Shown: positions 51,561-64,000, counted from the first letter of the stretch. The stretch is 64,000 bases of DNA from Massalongia carnosa (GCA_965645245.1 OZ287085.1:682001-746000); one strand, 5' to 3'. Translations and numbers: made by a program. Notes: a model not told the origin generated them from the sequence alone.

Positions 51561-53369
51561 AATAACAAGTATTCTAGCGTTTGTCGAGGATTGCATCGAT
51601 TGGTGCATTTTTCAATGCACATCATAGCTGGTGGAATTCGAAGATTTAAAATGCAATTCGATCAGAAAATCTAGTCAAATAGTTAAAATTAAACATATGT
51701 AGTTTGATAAATACGCCTGATCTATATACATTTTTTGCTCATTCAGGAAAATCTTCATCTATTATTGATTTAACATTTGCAAATTCTAAAATCGAAAACG
51801 CAATTACAAATAGGTCAATCGATGAAAACGCAGTCACGGGTTCAGATCATGAAGTTATTATATTTGAACTTAGCGCGTCTTTCAAGAACTTGAAGTCACA
51901 TGCAACCGCATTATCGAATAAATACAACTGCAATAAAGCCGATTGGGATAAATTCGCGAAGTTTCTAGACGAAAATGCAATAAACTACGAGTCCCAAATA
52001 CAAAGTCTATTGAACAATTATCAATTTGATGAATCAGCGCCATATTTGTAAAACGTTATCAAAAACGCGGCTGAAATGTTTATTTCGAATACAAAAATAT
52101 GCGCAAAATCGAAAAATTGGTGGTCGCAAGATTTAACCGGACTTCGAAAAATCATGTGTAGACATCGTCGAGAATGGAAGAATAATCCGTCCTATTTTAG
52201 TCATCAAACATTTAGACATAGTCGAATCGAGTACTTTCATGCAATTCGAAAAGCTAAACAGCAAACTTGGTTGGCTTTACTCGAAAACGCAGCGAATAAA
52301 GACGTATTTACAGCTTATAAATACACTAAACCGCGCATGTTCGAAAAAAAACCACCTATTCAATATGAAAATAAGTTAAATTTTCAATTCGATCACAAAT
52401 GCGATGCGTTTGTGTTAGTTATGTACACAAAAAACCCGTTCACGGATAATAATATTGAAGATTTAACGAATCAAGACAACGAAAATTACAACAATTGGCC
52501 GAATTTAACCGAAAATGAATTGCAAAATGCGATTAGTTTGTTTAATCCAAAGAAATCATGTGGACCTGATACAATCAATATCACAATAATTCAAAAATCG
52601 TTTCAACTATTGAAAAACGTGTTTTATACTATTTATTCTAAATTTATACAAATCGGTTATCACCCTTTATGTTGGCGAACAGGACTCGGTGCAGTTTTAA
52701 AAAAACCTAATTAACCAGACTACTCGCAGCCAAAATCATATCGAATTATTACATTACTGAATTGTCTTGTAAAATTGCGGAGAAAATAGTTGCTAATCGA
52801 CTAGCCTACCTCGGCGAAAATTCGAGCTTGTTAGATACCGAACAAATAGGCGGACGCAAAAATCATTCTGCAATCGATGCGGTAATGAACGTCGTTCCTG
52901 ATATCGAAATCGCAAACGGAAACAAAAACATTTTATCATGTCTATAACTCGATTTCAAAGGAGCATCTGACTTTGTTTCGATTAATCAATTGCTAAATGT
53001 CATGAAAAAGATGCATTTATCTCGCATAGTTATTCAATTGGTCAAGCATTTTATGACAAAACGATCGATCAATTTGATATTCGATAAACATAAAAGCCAA
53101 ACGTACTATATCGAATCTGGAATTCCACAAGGTTTACCTATTTCGCCAATTCTACACCCGTTTGCAAAATGGTATGCCGAACTTTGAACCCCGAAACTGC
53201 GCGGTAAAAAAAAAATAAGCGACAGAATTGGACCACACTCCAGAATTTGGTGCAGTAGCTAATGGCACTCCTCCCCTTTAAACCGCCTTTTGCAGTCTGT
53301 AGGATAAAAGATATGTAGTGTTTTCATGTAAATATTTATTCTTGCTACCTCGTAGTTTCAAAAGCAAAC

Positions 53370-54402
53370 ATGGGACGATTATTCAGCATCATCAAACGCC
53401 AGGCTATAAAGTTCAAAATGGAATCGGGTGAAGATGATAACACGATCATAACTGCTACTGGTTTCAGCATCATACAACTACGTAAGATGAGACGTAATTG
53501 GGAACGGTTCTATGAGGTTGCAAAACCTCAGCTTGCTGCTGGCCGGCGCAAGAAACTGAATCAACAACAAATCGATCAACTACTCGTGTATCTGGATCCG
53601 AGACCTACCTCTTATTTGGATGAGATGTGCTGGTTTTTGTATGATGAATTCGACGTCTTGGTGAGCGAGTCTACGGTTTCTCGAACTCTGAAGCAGATGA
53701 CCTGGAATCGAAAGATGGCCATTCGTATAGCACAACAACGCAACCAATCTTTGCGTGATGGGTGGATGAATAGCGGGAGGATGGAGGGCTGATCAGTTGA
53801 TTTTTCTGGACGAAAGCGCTGCATGCGAGCGTACTGGTCAGTACGATTTGAAGAACTTCAGTTTCTTTGCTAATTGTTATTACTTTAGGTGATCGTCGAT
53901 ATGGATGGGCCGCACCAGGAATCAAACCGACCATGATTCAAGCGCTCAAACGTTCTAAGAGATGGAGTATATTACCAGCGTTCACCATCGACGGTTTCAT
54001 AGCTTGGGAGGTGCATCATGGCTCTATAACATCAGATATTCTGAATGAATTCGTCAGGCTCAAGGTTTACCATACTGCGCTGGAGGTAATGGTCCTCGTT
54101 CGGTTTTGATTATGGATAATGCCTCTATACATTGGAGTGAGGAATTGAGGATCATGTGTCAGGATGCAAATGTTTTGCTGGTTCATTTGCCTCCGTATTC
54201 ACCCGATTTTAATCCAATAGAGACTTCATTCTCTATTCTAAAGGCCTGGATTAAACGTCACAGCAGTTTAATTGATTCATATACAGAGGAAACTGGTGGA
54301 TTTGGGAGATTTTTAGAAGATGCACTGCAGGCTATAAGTGAAGATGTTTCACATGATGCAGGTGCATTGTTTCGACAGTCTAGTATTGAATATAACTCAT
54401 AA
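53370..54402 (+). pseudogene. DD34E transposase with a 52-nt intron (53837-53888) and two frameshifts (~53775, ~54066)
   Basis: HTH (YLDEMCWFLYDEFDVLVSESTVSRTL), LIFLDES, RRYGWA, WSILPA, IMDNASIH, LPPYSPDFNPIE; intron GTCAGT..GCTAAT..TAG restores ERT-G-DRRYGW. Confidence 0.9.
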
Positions 54403-54417
54403 AAATCAATTTCCTCA

Positions 54418-56511
54418 TCAGCTACTGTCTTCCGCATCATCCTCCTCGTCCTCCTCGTCCTCCTGATTGTCCTCCTCCTCCTCCTCTTCCCCCTCCTCCT
54501 CCTCCTCCTCCTCCTCCTCCTCCTCCTCCTCCTCCTCATCCTCGTCTAGGTCCTCCTCATTTTCCTCTCCCTCCTCCTCGTCATTCGAATCCTTTTGTGT
54601 AGTCCTAGTAGTTAACAGACGAACATTGAAGCTTGGCCGGAAATTCTTTGACAGAGATTGACCGGAGGAACGTGATTCTGATGGAGGAGGAGGAACAATT
54701 ACAGGTTCAGAATCGTGCTCGGATGATTGCTGCTTCAATTGTCTAGTAAATTTGCTGACATCGCGAGCCAAACGTATGCCGATGCCAGGTTCGATTCCCA
54801 TTTTCTCCCATTTTTCCTCATAAGCAGTACCTTTCCACTGCTGAATGGTTTGTAAATCATAGCACTTATCCTCCAGTATGTTATATGCGTGTCTAAATTA
54901 AAACTTCAATCTAGGTGTGATTTTTATATGCCATAAAATATAATCATACAAATCACCTTGCTCCACTGGACTGCTTGGAATAGGAACGGAGGTGAAGCTT
55001 AACGGTAGAGCAGTTGTTAATTCAGATAAGTTCTTCATCTTTTTATGCTTCTGCTTTACCTTCTTCTCTACTTTCTCCGATTTTTCTTGCTGAATAGGCT
55101 GTGCTGAAGGCATATTCTGATATACGGAAGGGGAAGGAAGGGGGAAATATGATGAATGATACAATGAGGCCGAGGGTTGCTGATATGGATATAAAAATAG
55201 ATAATGAGGAGGTGGATATGCTGGACCTGCAGTCATCGAATATTTTGCCGAAGGGACGGATTCCTTAACGATTGCTTTTTGCTCTTTCTTTTCGAGAGCA
55301 TCGGCCTTTCGTTTTGATGAAAAAAGAACCTCTAGTGTAGTCGGTAGAGGCATTTCATGAGTCGATTTTCCCTCCTCGATGGCTTGGGTCCAAGCATTAA
55401 TATGAGCTGCATTCAGCGGATAATGCTTTTCATTGTCAATCCTGCAATATTTGCCTTTGAATTTGCATCTCGAACTAGTGCATAACCACATGCTTTGCAA
55501 GGCCTCCTGACGTTTATCCAGATCATCTCGTAAAATTGCACGCTCTTCTCGCTGAGCCAACAGTTTATCCGGCTTTGTGGTCCTCTTTTTGCTTCTGCCG
55601 TTGCCTCCAGCGACAGTGTCAGCAAAAATGAGAGCAGCAGCAGATTCATGTCGAGAATTATTGACTGGAGCGTCATCAACAGCTGAATTGATCGTCAATG
55701 GAACGATTCCATCGCTTCTACGGGCAAAATAATAGGAACATTCTACACTCAGTCCTCTTTTGTTATCATGATTAAGCTGACGAAGAATGTCTTCTACGTT
55801 TGCCCATGTTTGATAGGCTGAATGTTTGAGCAAGGAAGAAGTATGTTTTTCATCCTTTTTAATGGCCTTCCAAACGATGGTAAAGGTAGCAGACACTCTA
55901 TGACAAGACCAGCCCTTATTATCGGCATGAGTGCTGGCTAACGCTTCCTGTTGTTTATGCAGAGAAAGAAGATTGATCCTCCGAGTTCCATCCACCGTTG
56001 CCGCCTTTACTTCGCTATCTATCTTTTCCGCTTCAAACATTGTCTTTGTCACTAGAGTAAACAAAATAGGCTCGGGCTCAGGCTCGGGTTCAGGCTCAGG
56101 CTCGGGTTCAGGCTCAGGCTCGGGTTCAGGCTCAGGCTCGGGTTCAGGCTCAGGCTCGGGTTCAGGCTCAGGCTCAGGCTCAGGTTCAGGAGCACTAGAT
56201 AACTCAGAAAGATATGGAGAAGGCGCACTATTGCGAGTCGGACGAACATTCCTTGGCTCGGGAAGGAGGAGACGAGGAGGAGGTAAAGGCGAAGCCGAAG
56301 GAGAAGATAGAGGAGATGGTGAAGGTGGACGTGATAGAAGATCAGGAATACGGGTATTTAAAACTGGTGATGATGCTCTAGGAGGATTGATTCTAAGCCT
56401 TTGTTTGGATGGAGGTGCTGAGTTCCTAGGCAATTCAGTAGTAGATGCCCGTTTTCTGGGTTGTTTGGAGGGCTGTTTTGGAGACTGTTTAGGAGGCCGT
56501 TTTCGAGGCAT
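54418..56511 (-). CDS. Transposon ORF2, unknown protein of ~697 codons with one internal TAA at 54898-54900
   Basis: ORFs 54898-56511 and 54418-54801 are in the same frame; basic/Pro-rich N-terminus, (PE)n tract, WLC-x4-C-x6-C-x6-H cluster, SAM-like segment, poly-Glu/Asp tail. Confidence 0.8.
54439..54580 (-). repeat. (GAG)n-rich microsatellite encoding the acidic tail of ORF2
   Basis: Long run of TCC/CCT triplets on the + strand. Confidence 0.9.
56069..56190 (-). repeat. Hexamer repeat with 18-bp higher-order unit, encoding ~20 Pro-Glu pairs
   Basis: (GGCTCGGGTTCAGGCTCA)n on the + strand. Confidence 0.95.
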
Positions 56512-57435
56512 GATGACTGGAATTACTACGTTGAAAGTTCATACAAACGACAATCAAAAGGATATCATTAATCGTACTATCCTATAGACTGCAAAAGGCG
56601 GGGTGAAGGGGAGGAGGGCCGTTAGCTACTGCACCAAATTCTGGTGTGTGGTCCAATTCTGTCGCTTAATTTTTTTTTTTACCGCGCAGTTTCGGGTTTC
56701 AAAGTTCGGCACACCATTTTGCAAACGGGTGTATTTCTGATTTATATTCGTTACTTAATTCCGAAAATACGAATGAAATTCAATGCTCATTCACCTAGCT
56801 TTATAGACGATGTTGCAATATATCTCGAAAAAAAAACTGCAAAACAGAATTGCAAAGAAATCGAAATTATCGTCAAAACAGCTTTTGATTGGGCCGCAAC
56901 GAATAATGTCAAATTTGATAACGACAAATCTGAGTTGATTCACTTTAAAAAGTCAAGAAATGCATCAAAAGACAAAGTGCAATTACCGAACGGGACAATA
57001 CTAGAACCGAAATATTCTGTCAAATGGTTAGGAGTCTGGTTAGACCGAAAACTAAATTACAAAAAACACGCCGAAACGCGAATTGCTTCTGCAAATCGAT
57101 CGTTTTTCGCAATTCAAAATTTAATGAAGTCTGAATGGGGACTAAAGCCAACTACATGCAGACAGCTCTATCTGTAAAGCATTATTCCTATTTCGGACTA
57201 TTGATCAGAAATCTGGTATAATGTTCAAAAGAAATATGAAAAGCTATTTCAGAATCTGCAAAATCGAATGATACGAAAGATTTTAGGCGCATTCAAAACC
57301 ACGCCTGTTCAGGCGATGGAAATTGAATCGCATATTTTACCAGCCAAGCTACGATTGTTGATGAAAAATAAAAAATACGCAATTCGATTATTGAAGATTG
57401 CCGAAAATCATCCTATTTGTCAAAGAATTCCCAGT

Positions 57436-58532
57436 TATTTTTTTATTTATTCATTAAGTGTATTCAACCTAAGGTTATGACACTAAACTATTTTAGGATA
57501 TGTTTCTATATTACAAATAAATCAACCCTTTATAACCCATCTATGTATCGTCAATTTTTCCCCATTTTTACTCCGTGTTAGGGAACCCATTGCAAAATCA
57601 CCTGATAATTGCTTTCAAATAAGCGTTTTGCGAGCTTTCAAATTTGTCTTGCGAAAATATGATTTTTCAAGTTCTGAATTTCGTTTATCGCGTTTATACT
57701 ATCAGAAAAAATCCAAATCGTTTTTTCCAAGTTCGATAAAATATTAGTATTAGACAATTTATAGACCCATTTTATTGCTTGTAAAATTGCATGCAGTTCA
57801 GCATTTTTAATGCTTGACTGTTTGCTTAATTTCCAGCTTTTCGAAATCGTATGATACTTGATCAGACAATCTTTTTCGATAAATCGATCAAAATTATTGA
57901 TAATACTACTCCAATTCCTCATAATTGGCGTAAATGTGACTGCAGACGTTGCAAATTCGATTTTTGATCCATCCGTATAAAGTAAAACTCGAGATTTATC
58001 GGAGTTCATTGATTGAATTTTGGATAAGGTCGAATAATAACTTGATTTAGCAGATTACTTTGTATTTTTGATTTGAAATTCGATTTTGCACGGCGATTTC
58101 CAAGGTTTAATAAAATGATTTGATTTTTCAAACTCATCAGTTTTGTGAACTATGTCGGAAACGGAATGAAGAACGCGAATGAGCTGACTAGGATGTCGTT
58201 TATTTGTTTGTTTTTCGTCTTCGTTCCATTCGGCATATTTGTTGTTCCATAAACTAGTGTCAAAACCGATGTTTTCGAATTTTATCGAATATTTATTTGG
58301 AATTCTTTGACAAATAGGGTTATTTTCGGCAATCTTCAATAATCGAATTGCGTATTTTTGATTTTTCATTAATAATCGAAGTTTAACTGGTAAAACATGT
58401 GATTCAATTTCCATCGCCTGAATAGGTGTGGTTTTGAAAGTTCCTAAAATCTTTCGAATCATTCGATTTTGTAGGTTCTGAAATAGTTTTTCATATTTCT
58501 TTTGACCATTATACCAAATTTCTGAGCCATAG
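57436..58532 (-). mobile_element. 5'-truncated, internally deleted LINE-B inserted antisense into LINE-B
   Basis: Perfect 13-bp TSD AAGAATTCCCAGT (57423-57435, 58533-58545); deletion junction near 57581 joins RNase H (WVP) to the 3' UTR. Confidence 0.9.
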
Positions 58533-60077
58533 AAGAATTCCCAGTACCTATTCGGTGAAATTCGAAAACATCGGTTTGACACTAGTTTATGGAACAACAG
58601 ATATGCTGAATGGAACGAAGACGAGAAAAAATCGAGTAAACCTCATCCTAGTCAGCTTATCCGTATTTTACATTCCGTTTCGGATATAGTTCACAAAACT
58701 GATGAATTCGAATCAGTAAATAATTTCATCAAACCATGGAAGTCGTCTTGTAAAATCAAGTTCCAAATCGAAAGATCAAAAGAAACAGCAAAGTCAGTTA
58801 TTATTCGACTTTATCAAAAATTCAATCAATAAATGCCGATAAATAGCGAGTGTTACTCTATACCGATGGATCAAAAACCGAGTTTTCAACTTCCGCAGTC
58901 AAATTTGCACCAATTATGCAAAATTGGAACAATTTCACCGATAACTTCAATCGTTTTATCGAATAAGATTGTCTCCTCAAACATCATACGATTTCGAAAA
59001 GCTAGAAATCAAACAAACAGTCAAGCGTTAAAAACGCTGGACTTTATGCGATACTACAAGCAATAAAATGGGCATACAAGTTGACAATTGCGAATATTCT
59101 CTCCAATTTGGAAAAAACGATTTGGATTTTTTCCGATAGCATAAACGCGATAAACGAAATTCAGAACTTGACAAATCATACTTACGCTAAACAAATTTGA
59201 AATTTCTCGAAATGCTTATTCGGAAACAATTTCAGGTGGTTCTACAATGGATTCCTAGTCATTCGAAAATCGTCGAAAATGAAATCGCAGATAAAGAAGC
59301 AAAAGCGGGACATAGTCAAATCCTAGTCGAGTCTTCAATAATAACATTTGATTATGTAAAGTGTCAAATAAATCGAAATATGTAAGCCACATAGGCGAAT
59401 CAATGGCAACAATGCAAGTCAAAAGGCAAATACTATAAGAAATTCGAAATGCAGCCGGGCAAATCGAGTTTTTATTATCTGTCGAATAATTGTTCGAAAT
59501 TGATATTTGCGACTATTATGCAAATGAAATTCGGACACGGTTATTTTCGATCATATCTGCACCGATTGAAAGATTATAATTCGTCAAAATGCACAGGGCG
59601 CTGCAACGAACGTCAAACACCAGAACACTTATTGATGAATTGCATACATTATTCCAATGAAATCCTAAACATGAAACAAAATATCGATACCACAATTGCT
59701 TTAAAAATGTTGTTTAGTACTAGGATCGGAAATAATATTTTGATTAAATTTATAGTTGCTAACAAAATCGCGACTACAAAATGGATTCTTGGTCAGCTCG
59801 ATGACGAAAATATCGAAACGGGAGATTGGGGAGAGATCGAACAGTAAAATTAGAAATGATTTATGCTGGAATATTCACGAGCTTTACAAAAATAAATTAT
59901 TAAATCGATATTTCGATTTGCTAAAGGTTGTTACTAACACGGAGTAAAAACGGGGCAAAATTGACGATACATAGTTGGGTTATAAAGGGTTGATTTAATT
60001 GTAAAATAAAAACATATCTTCAAATAGTTTAGTGTCATAACCTTAGGTTGAATACACTTAATGCATAAATAAAAAAA

Positions 60078-60993
60078 CGATTTTACAAGCAATGAAATAG
60101 GTCTATTAATTTTCCAACAATAATATTTTATCGAACTTGGAAAAAACGATTTGGATTTTTTCTAATAGTATAAACGCTATAAACGAAATTCATTACTTGA
60201 CAAATCATTTTTTCGCCAGAAAAATTCGAAAGCTCGCAAAACGCTTATTTGAAAGCAATTATCAGGTGATTTTGCAATAGGTTCCGAGTAATTCAAATAT
60301 TACCGAAAACAAATTTGCAGACAAAATAGGAAAGACGGGCCATAATCAAATTTTAGTCGAGTCCTCGGCGATAAAATTTGATTATGTAAAAGATCAAATA
60401 AACCAAAATATGCTAACCACATGGAGGAATCAATGGCAACAATGGAAATCAAAAGGCAAATACTACAAGAAATTCGAAATGAAACTTGGCATATCGAGAT
60501 TTTATTATTTATCAAACAACTGTTCCAAAGTGATATTTGCTACTATTATGCAATTAAAATTCGGTCACGGCTATTTTCGATCATATTACAGCGATTGAAA
60601 TAATATAATTCGTCAAAATGCACAAATCGATCCAATCAACGACAAACGCTCGAACATTGTTATTGAATTGCATTCATTATTTCGATGAAATTCAAAACAT
60701 GAAACAAAATATAGATACTACGAACAACTTGAATATGTTGTTTAATACAAAAATCGGAAATGACATTTTGATTAAATTCAGTGTCAATAACTAAATCGCG
60801 AATAGAAAATGGATACTAGATCATCTTGATGACAAGATTTTCGAAACTGGAGGTTGGGGAGAGATCGAATAGTAAAATCAGAAACGATTTATACTGAAAT
60901 ATTCACGAACTTACAAAGACAAATTGTAAAATCGATATTCTTCGATTACTATAGGTTGTTACTAACACGGAGTAAAAATGAGAAAAATTGACG
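60078..60993 (+). mobile_element. LINE-B 3' fragment (RNase H to partial 3' UTR), degraded
   Basis: Matches ~42555-43470. Confidence 0.9.
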
Positions 60994-63582
60994 AGCACCT
61001 ATAGCCGACACAAATCATCTATGAAACCCCTAAAATATCGGTACCCTATATTTTGATATACTGAAACTTTCCCAACTTTTTCCCCTCAATCTTCTCATTC
61101 ATTTGAGCCTACCAGAAGCTAAAACCAATAAGAATTGGGTACAGGAGAGCTCTTCCACGGCTCCTGCAGAGTTTTGCTTTCGGTCTGTCCGCCCCTTCAC
61201 CAAAAAGCGTGTCCAAAAAATCTACAAAACACAAAAACAACAACAACAACAACGTCAAAATCGCTCGATTTTCGATAATTCTTCTTTTTAATTGTCGCAT
61301 ACATCTCATCTATTATCACAAAAGTTATCTACAAAATATCATCACAGTGGCGTAACTGTACAACCTGTTCTCGAGACAACAAAACTTCTTGCACATCATA
61401 ACTGGTGGAATTCGAAAATTCAACAAGCAATTCGATCAGAAAATCTTGTCAAATGCTTGAAATTAAACAGGTGTAGTTTGATAAACACACTTGACTTATG
61501 TACATACTACGCCCATTCTGGAAGTTCTTCATCTGTTACTGATTGAACTTTTGCAAATTCTAAAATCGAAAATGCAATTTCAAATTAGTCAGTCGATGAA
61601 AACGCAGTCACAGGTTCTGATCATGAAGTAATCCGCTTTGAACTAATCGCATATTTCAAAAACTTGACGTCACATGCAACCGCATTATCGAATAAATAAA
61701 ATTGCAATAAAGCCGATTGGAATAAATTCGCGAAGTATCTAGACGAAAGTTCAACCATCTACGAATCACAAGTTCAAAGTTTATTGAATAATCATCATTT
61801 CAACGAATCAGCGATATATTTGCAAAACGTTATCAAAAACGCGGCTGAAATGTTTATTACGAAAACAAAATTTGTGCAAAATCTAAAAATTGGTGGTCGC
61901 AAGATTTAACTGAACTTCGAAAAACTATATGCAGAAATCGTCGAGAATGGAAGAATTATCCGTCCGATTTTATGTCATCGGACGTTTAAATATAGTCGAA
62001 TCGAGTATTTTCATGTAATTCGAAAAGAAAAACAACAAACATGGTTGACTTTCCTAGAAAATGCAGCAAATAAAGATGTATTTACCGCGTATAAATACAC
62101 TAAACCGCGCCTATTCGAAAAAATACCGCCGATTCTACATGAAAACAAGCTAAATGTTCAGTTTGATGACAAACGCGATGCATTTGTGTCAGCAATGTAT
62201 ACAAATAACCTTTTTATTGACGATAATGAGGAAGATTTATCAAATCAAGACAGCGAAAATGATGATAATTGGCCAGATTTGACCGAAAACGAGTTGAAAA
62301 ATGCTATTAGTTTATTTAATCCGAAGAAAGCATGTGGACCTGATGCAATCAATTTTACAATTGTTCAAAAATCGTTTCAATCGTTGAAAACGTCTTTTTC
62401 ATGATTTATTCGAAATTCATTTGAATCGGTTATCACCCGTTATGCTGGCGGACAGGACTCGGTGCAGTTCTGGAAAAACCTAATAAATCAGACTATTCGT
62501 TTCCAAAATCATATCGAATTATCACATTACTAAATTGTCTTGGTAAAATTGCTAAGAAAATCGTTGCAAATCGACTAGCCTACTTCGGCGAAAATTCGAA
62601 TTTACTCGATATCGAACAGATGGGCGGACGCAAAAATCATTCTGCAATTGACGCAGTAATGAACGTTGTTCATGATATTGAAATTGCAAATAGAAATAAA
62701 AACGTCTTATCATGTTTATTACTCGATGTCAAAGGCGCATTTGACTTTGTCTCGATTAATCAACTGATAAATGTTATGAAAAAGCTTAAATTATCTCGCA
62801 TAATAATTCAATGGGTCAAGCATTTCATGACAAAACGATCGATCAATTTGATATTTGATGAAAATTTAAGCAAAACATATATGTCGAATCAGGAATTCCA
62901 CAAGGCTCACCAATCTCACCTATTCTATTTCTGATTTTCATTCGTCACTTGTTTCTGAAAATACGAATGTAATTCAATGCACATTCTCCCAGTTTTATTG
63001 ACGATGTTGCAATATATGTCGAAAATAAAACTGCAAAACAGAATTGCAAAGAAATCGAAATCATAGTCAAAACGGCTTTTGATTGGACCGCATCGTATAA
63101 TGTCAATTTGATGACGATAAATCCGAGCTGATTCACTTCGAAAAGACAAGAAATGTATCGAAAGAGACATTGGAATTACCAAACGTGACAATACTAGAAC
63201 CGAAAAATGTAGTCAAATGGTTGTGCGTCTGGTATGACCGAAAACTAAATTTCAAAAAACACGTCGAAACGCGGATCTCTTCTGCGAATCGATTGTTTTT
63301 TGCAATTCAGAATTTGATGAAATCCGAATGGGGTCTGAAAACGACCGCATGCAGACAGCTCTATATGTCATGCATTATTCCTATTTTGGACTACGGCTCA
63401 GAAATTTGGTATAATGGTCAAAAGAAATATGAAAACTATTTCAGAACCTACAAAATCAAATGATTCGAAAGATTTTTGGAACTTTCAATTCCACACCTGT
63501 TCAGGCGATGGAAATTGAATCACATCTTTTGCCAGTCAAACTTCGATTATTAATGAAAAATCAAAAATACGCAATTCGATTA
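60994..63582 (+). mobile_element. LINE-B-related copy: divergent 5' UTR joined directly to mid-APE ORF2
   Basis: 60994-61390 loosely resembles 37443-37820; from 61391 (AHHNWW) the sequence follows ORF2 to KYAIRL. Confidence 0.8.
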
Positions 63583-64000
63583 TTTTTTTTTTATTTATTC
63601 ATTAAGTGTATTAAACCTAAGGTTATGACACTAAACTATTTTAGGATATGTTTTTATATTACAAATTAATCAACCCTTTATAACCCATCTATGTATCGTC
63701 AATTTTTCCCCATTTTCACTCCGTGTTAGTAACAACCTATAGTAATCGAAAATTATCTATTTTACAATTTATCTTTGTAAGTTCGTAACTGTTTCAGCAT
63801 AAATCGTTTCTGATTTTACTGTTCGATCTCTCCCCAACCTCCAGTTTCGAAAATATCGTCATCAAGCTGACCAAGTATCCATTTTCTAGTCGCGATTTTG
63901 TTATTGACAATGAATTTAATCAAAATGTCATTTCCGATTTTTGTATTAAACAACATATTCAAGTTGATCGTAGTATCGATGGTTTGTTTCATTTTTTGAA
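63583..64000 (-). mobile_element. LINE-B 3' end inserted antisense; runs out of the window
   Basis: Poly-T followed by the reverse complement of the B 3' UTR and GWGEIEQ*. Confidence 0.9.

Larger units (their letters stand above)
53155..56731. mobile_element. Two-gene IS630/Tc1/mariner DNA transposon, 3577 bp, ~150-bp TIRs, TA TSD
   Basis: CACCCGTTTGCAAAATGG...GCAGTCT at both ends, inverted; TA at 53153-53154 and 56732-56733 duplicates the TA of ATTCTATTTCTG in the LINE RT. Confidence 0.95.
51610..60077 (+). mobile_element. Divergent 5'-truncated LINE-B copy in three pieces (51610-53154, 56732-57435, 58533-60077)
   Basis: APE C-terminus, RT, RNase H and 3' UTR are collinear once the two insertions are removed. 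Confidence 0.9.

Noticed and set aside
54258..54661. Poly-Arg and poly-Ser ORFs
   Set aside because: Alternative frames of the GAG microsatellite.
54418..56511. ORF2 as a Fanzor/TnpB RNA-guided nuclease
   Set aside because: No recognisable RuvC motifs or paired CxxC finger, and no space for a guide RNA downstream of the ORF. An HMM search would settle it.
55931..56587. 218-aa + strand ORF with (GS)n repeat
   Set aside because: Antisense shadow of the (PE)n/Pro-rich part of ORF2; no ATG start.

Overview
No host gene is recognisable in this 64 kb. It is a deeply nested transposable-element cluster from a filamentous ascomycete (fungal Tad-clade LINEs, a GalEa-type Copia, a chromoviral Gypsy, a short GT..CTAAT..AG intron). 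A powdery-mildew-like Leotiomycete is plausible but is only an inference. Contents: three Tad-like LINE families, namely A and C (no RNase H, (CAT)n tails) and B (RNase H, poly-A tail, about 9 copies or fragments); a full-length Copia (16504-24585); a degraded Gypsy scattered over about 26 kb; several solo LTRs; four Tc1/mariner-type elements and a Fot1/pogo end; and two MITE families. Most interesting: (1) a 3.6-kb TA-flanked DD34E transposon with ~150-bp TIRs carrying a second, convergent ~697-codon gene (Pro/PE-repeat, Cys/His cluster, SAM-like, acidic tail); (2) an inversion between two inverted LINE-B copies revealed by swapped target-site duplications; (3) LINE-C copies ending in a LINE-B 3' tail; (4) RIP-like damage in old but not young elements. 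All alignments were made by eye, so boundaries of degraded elements are approximate.
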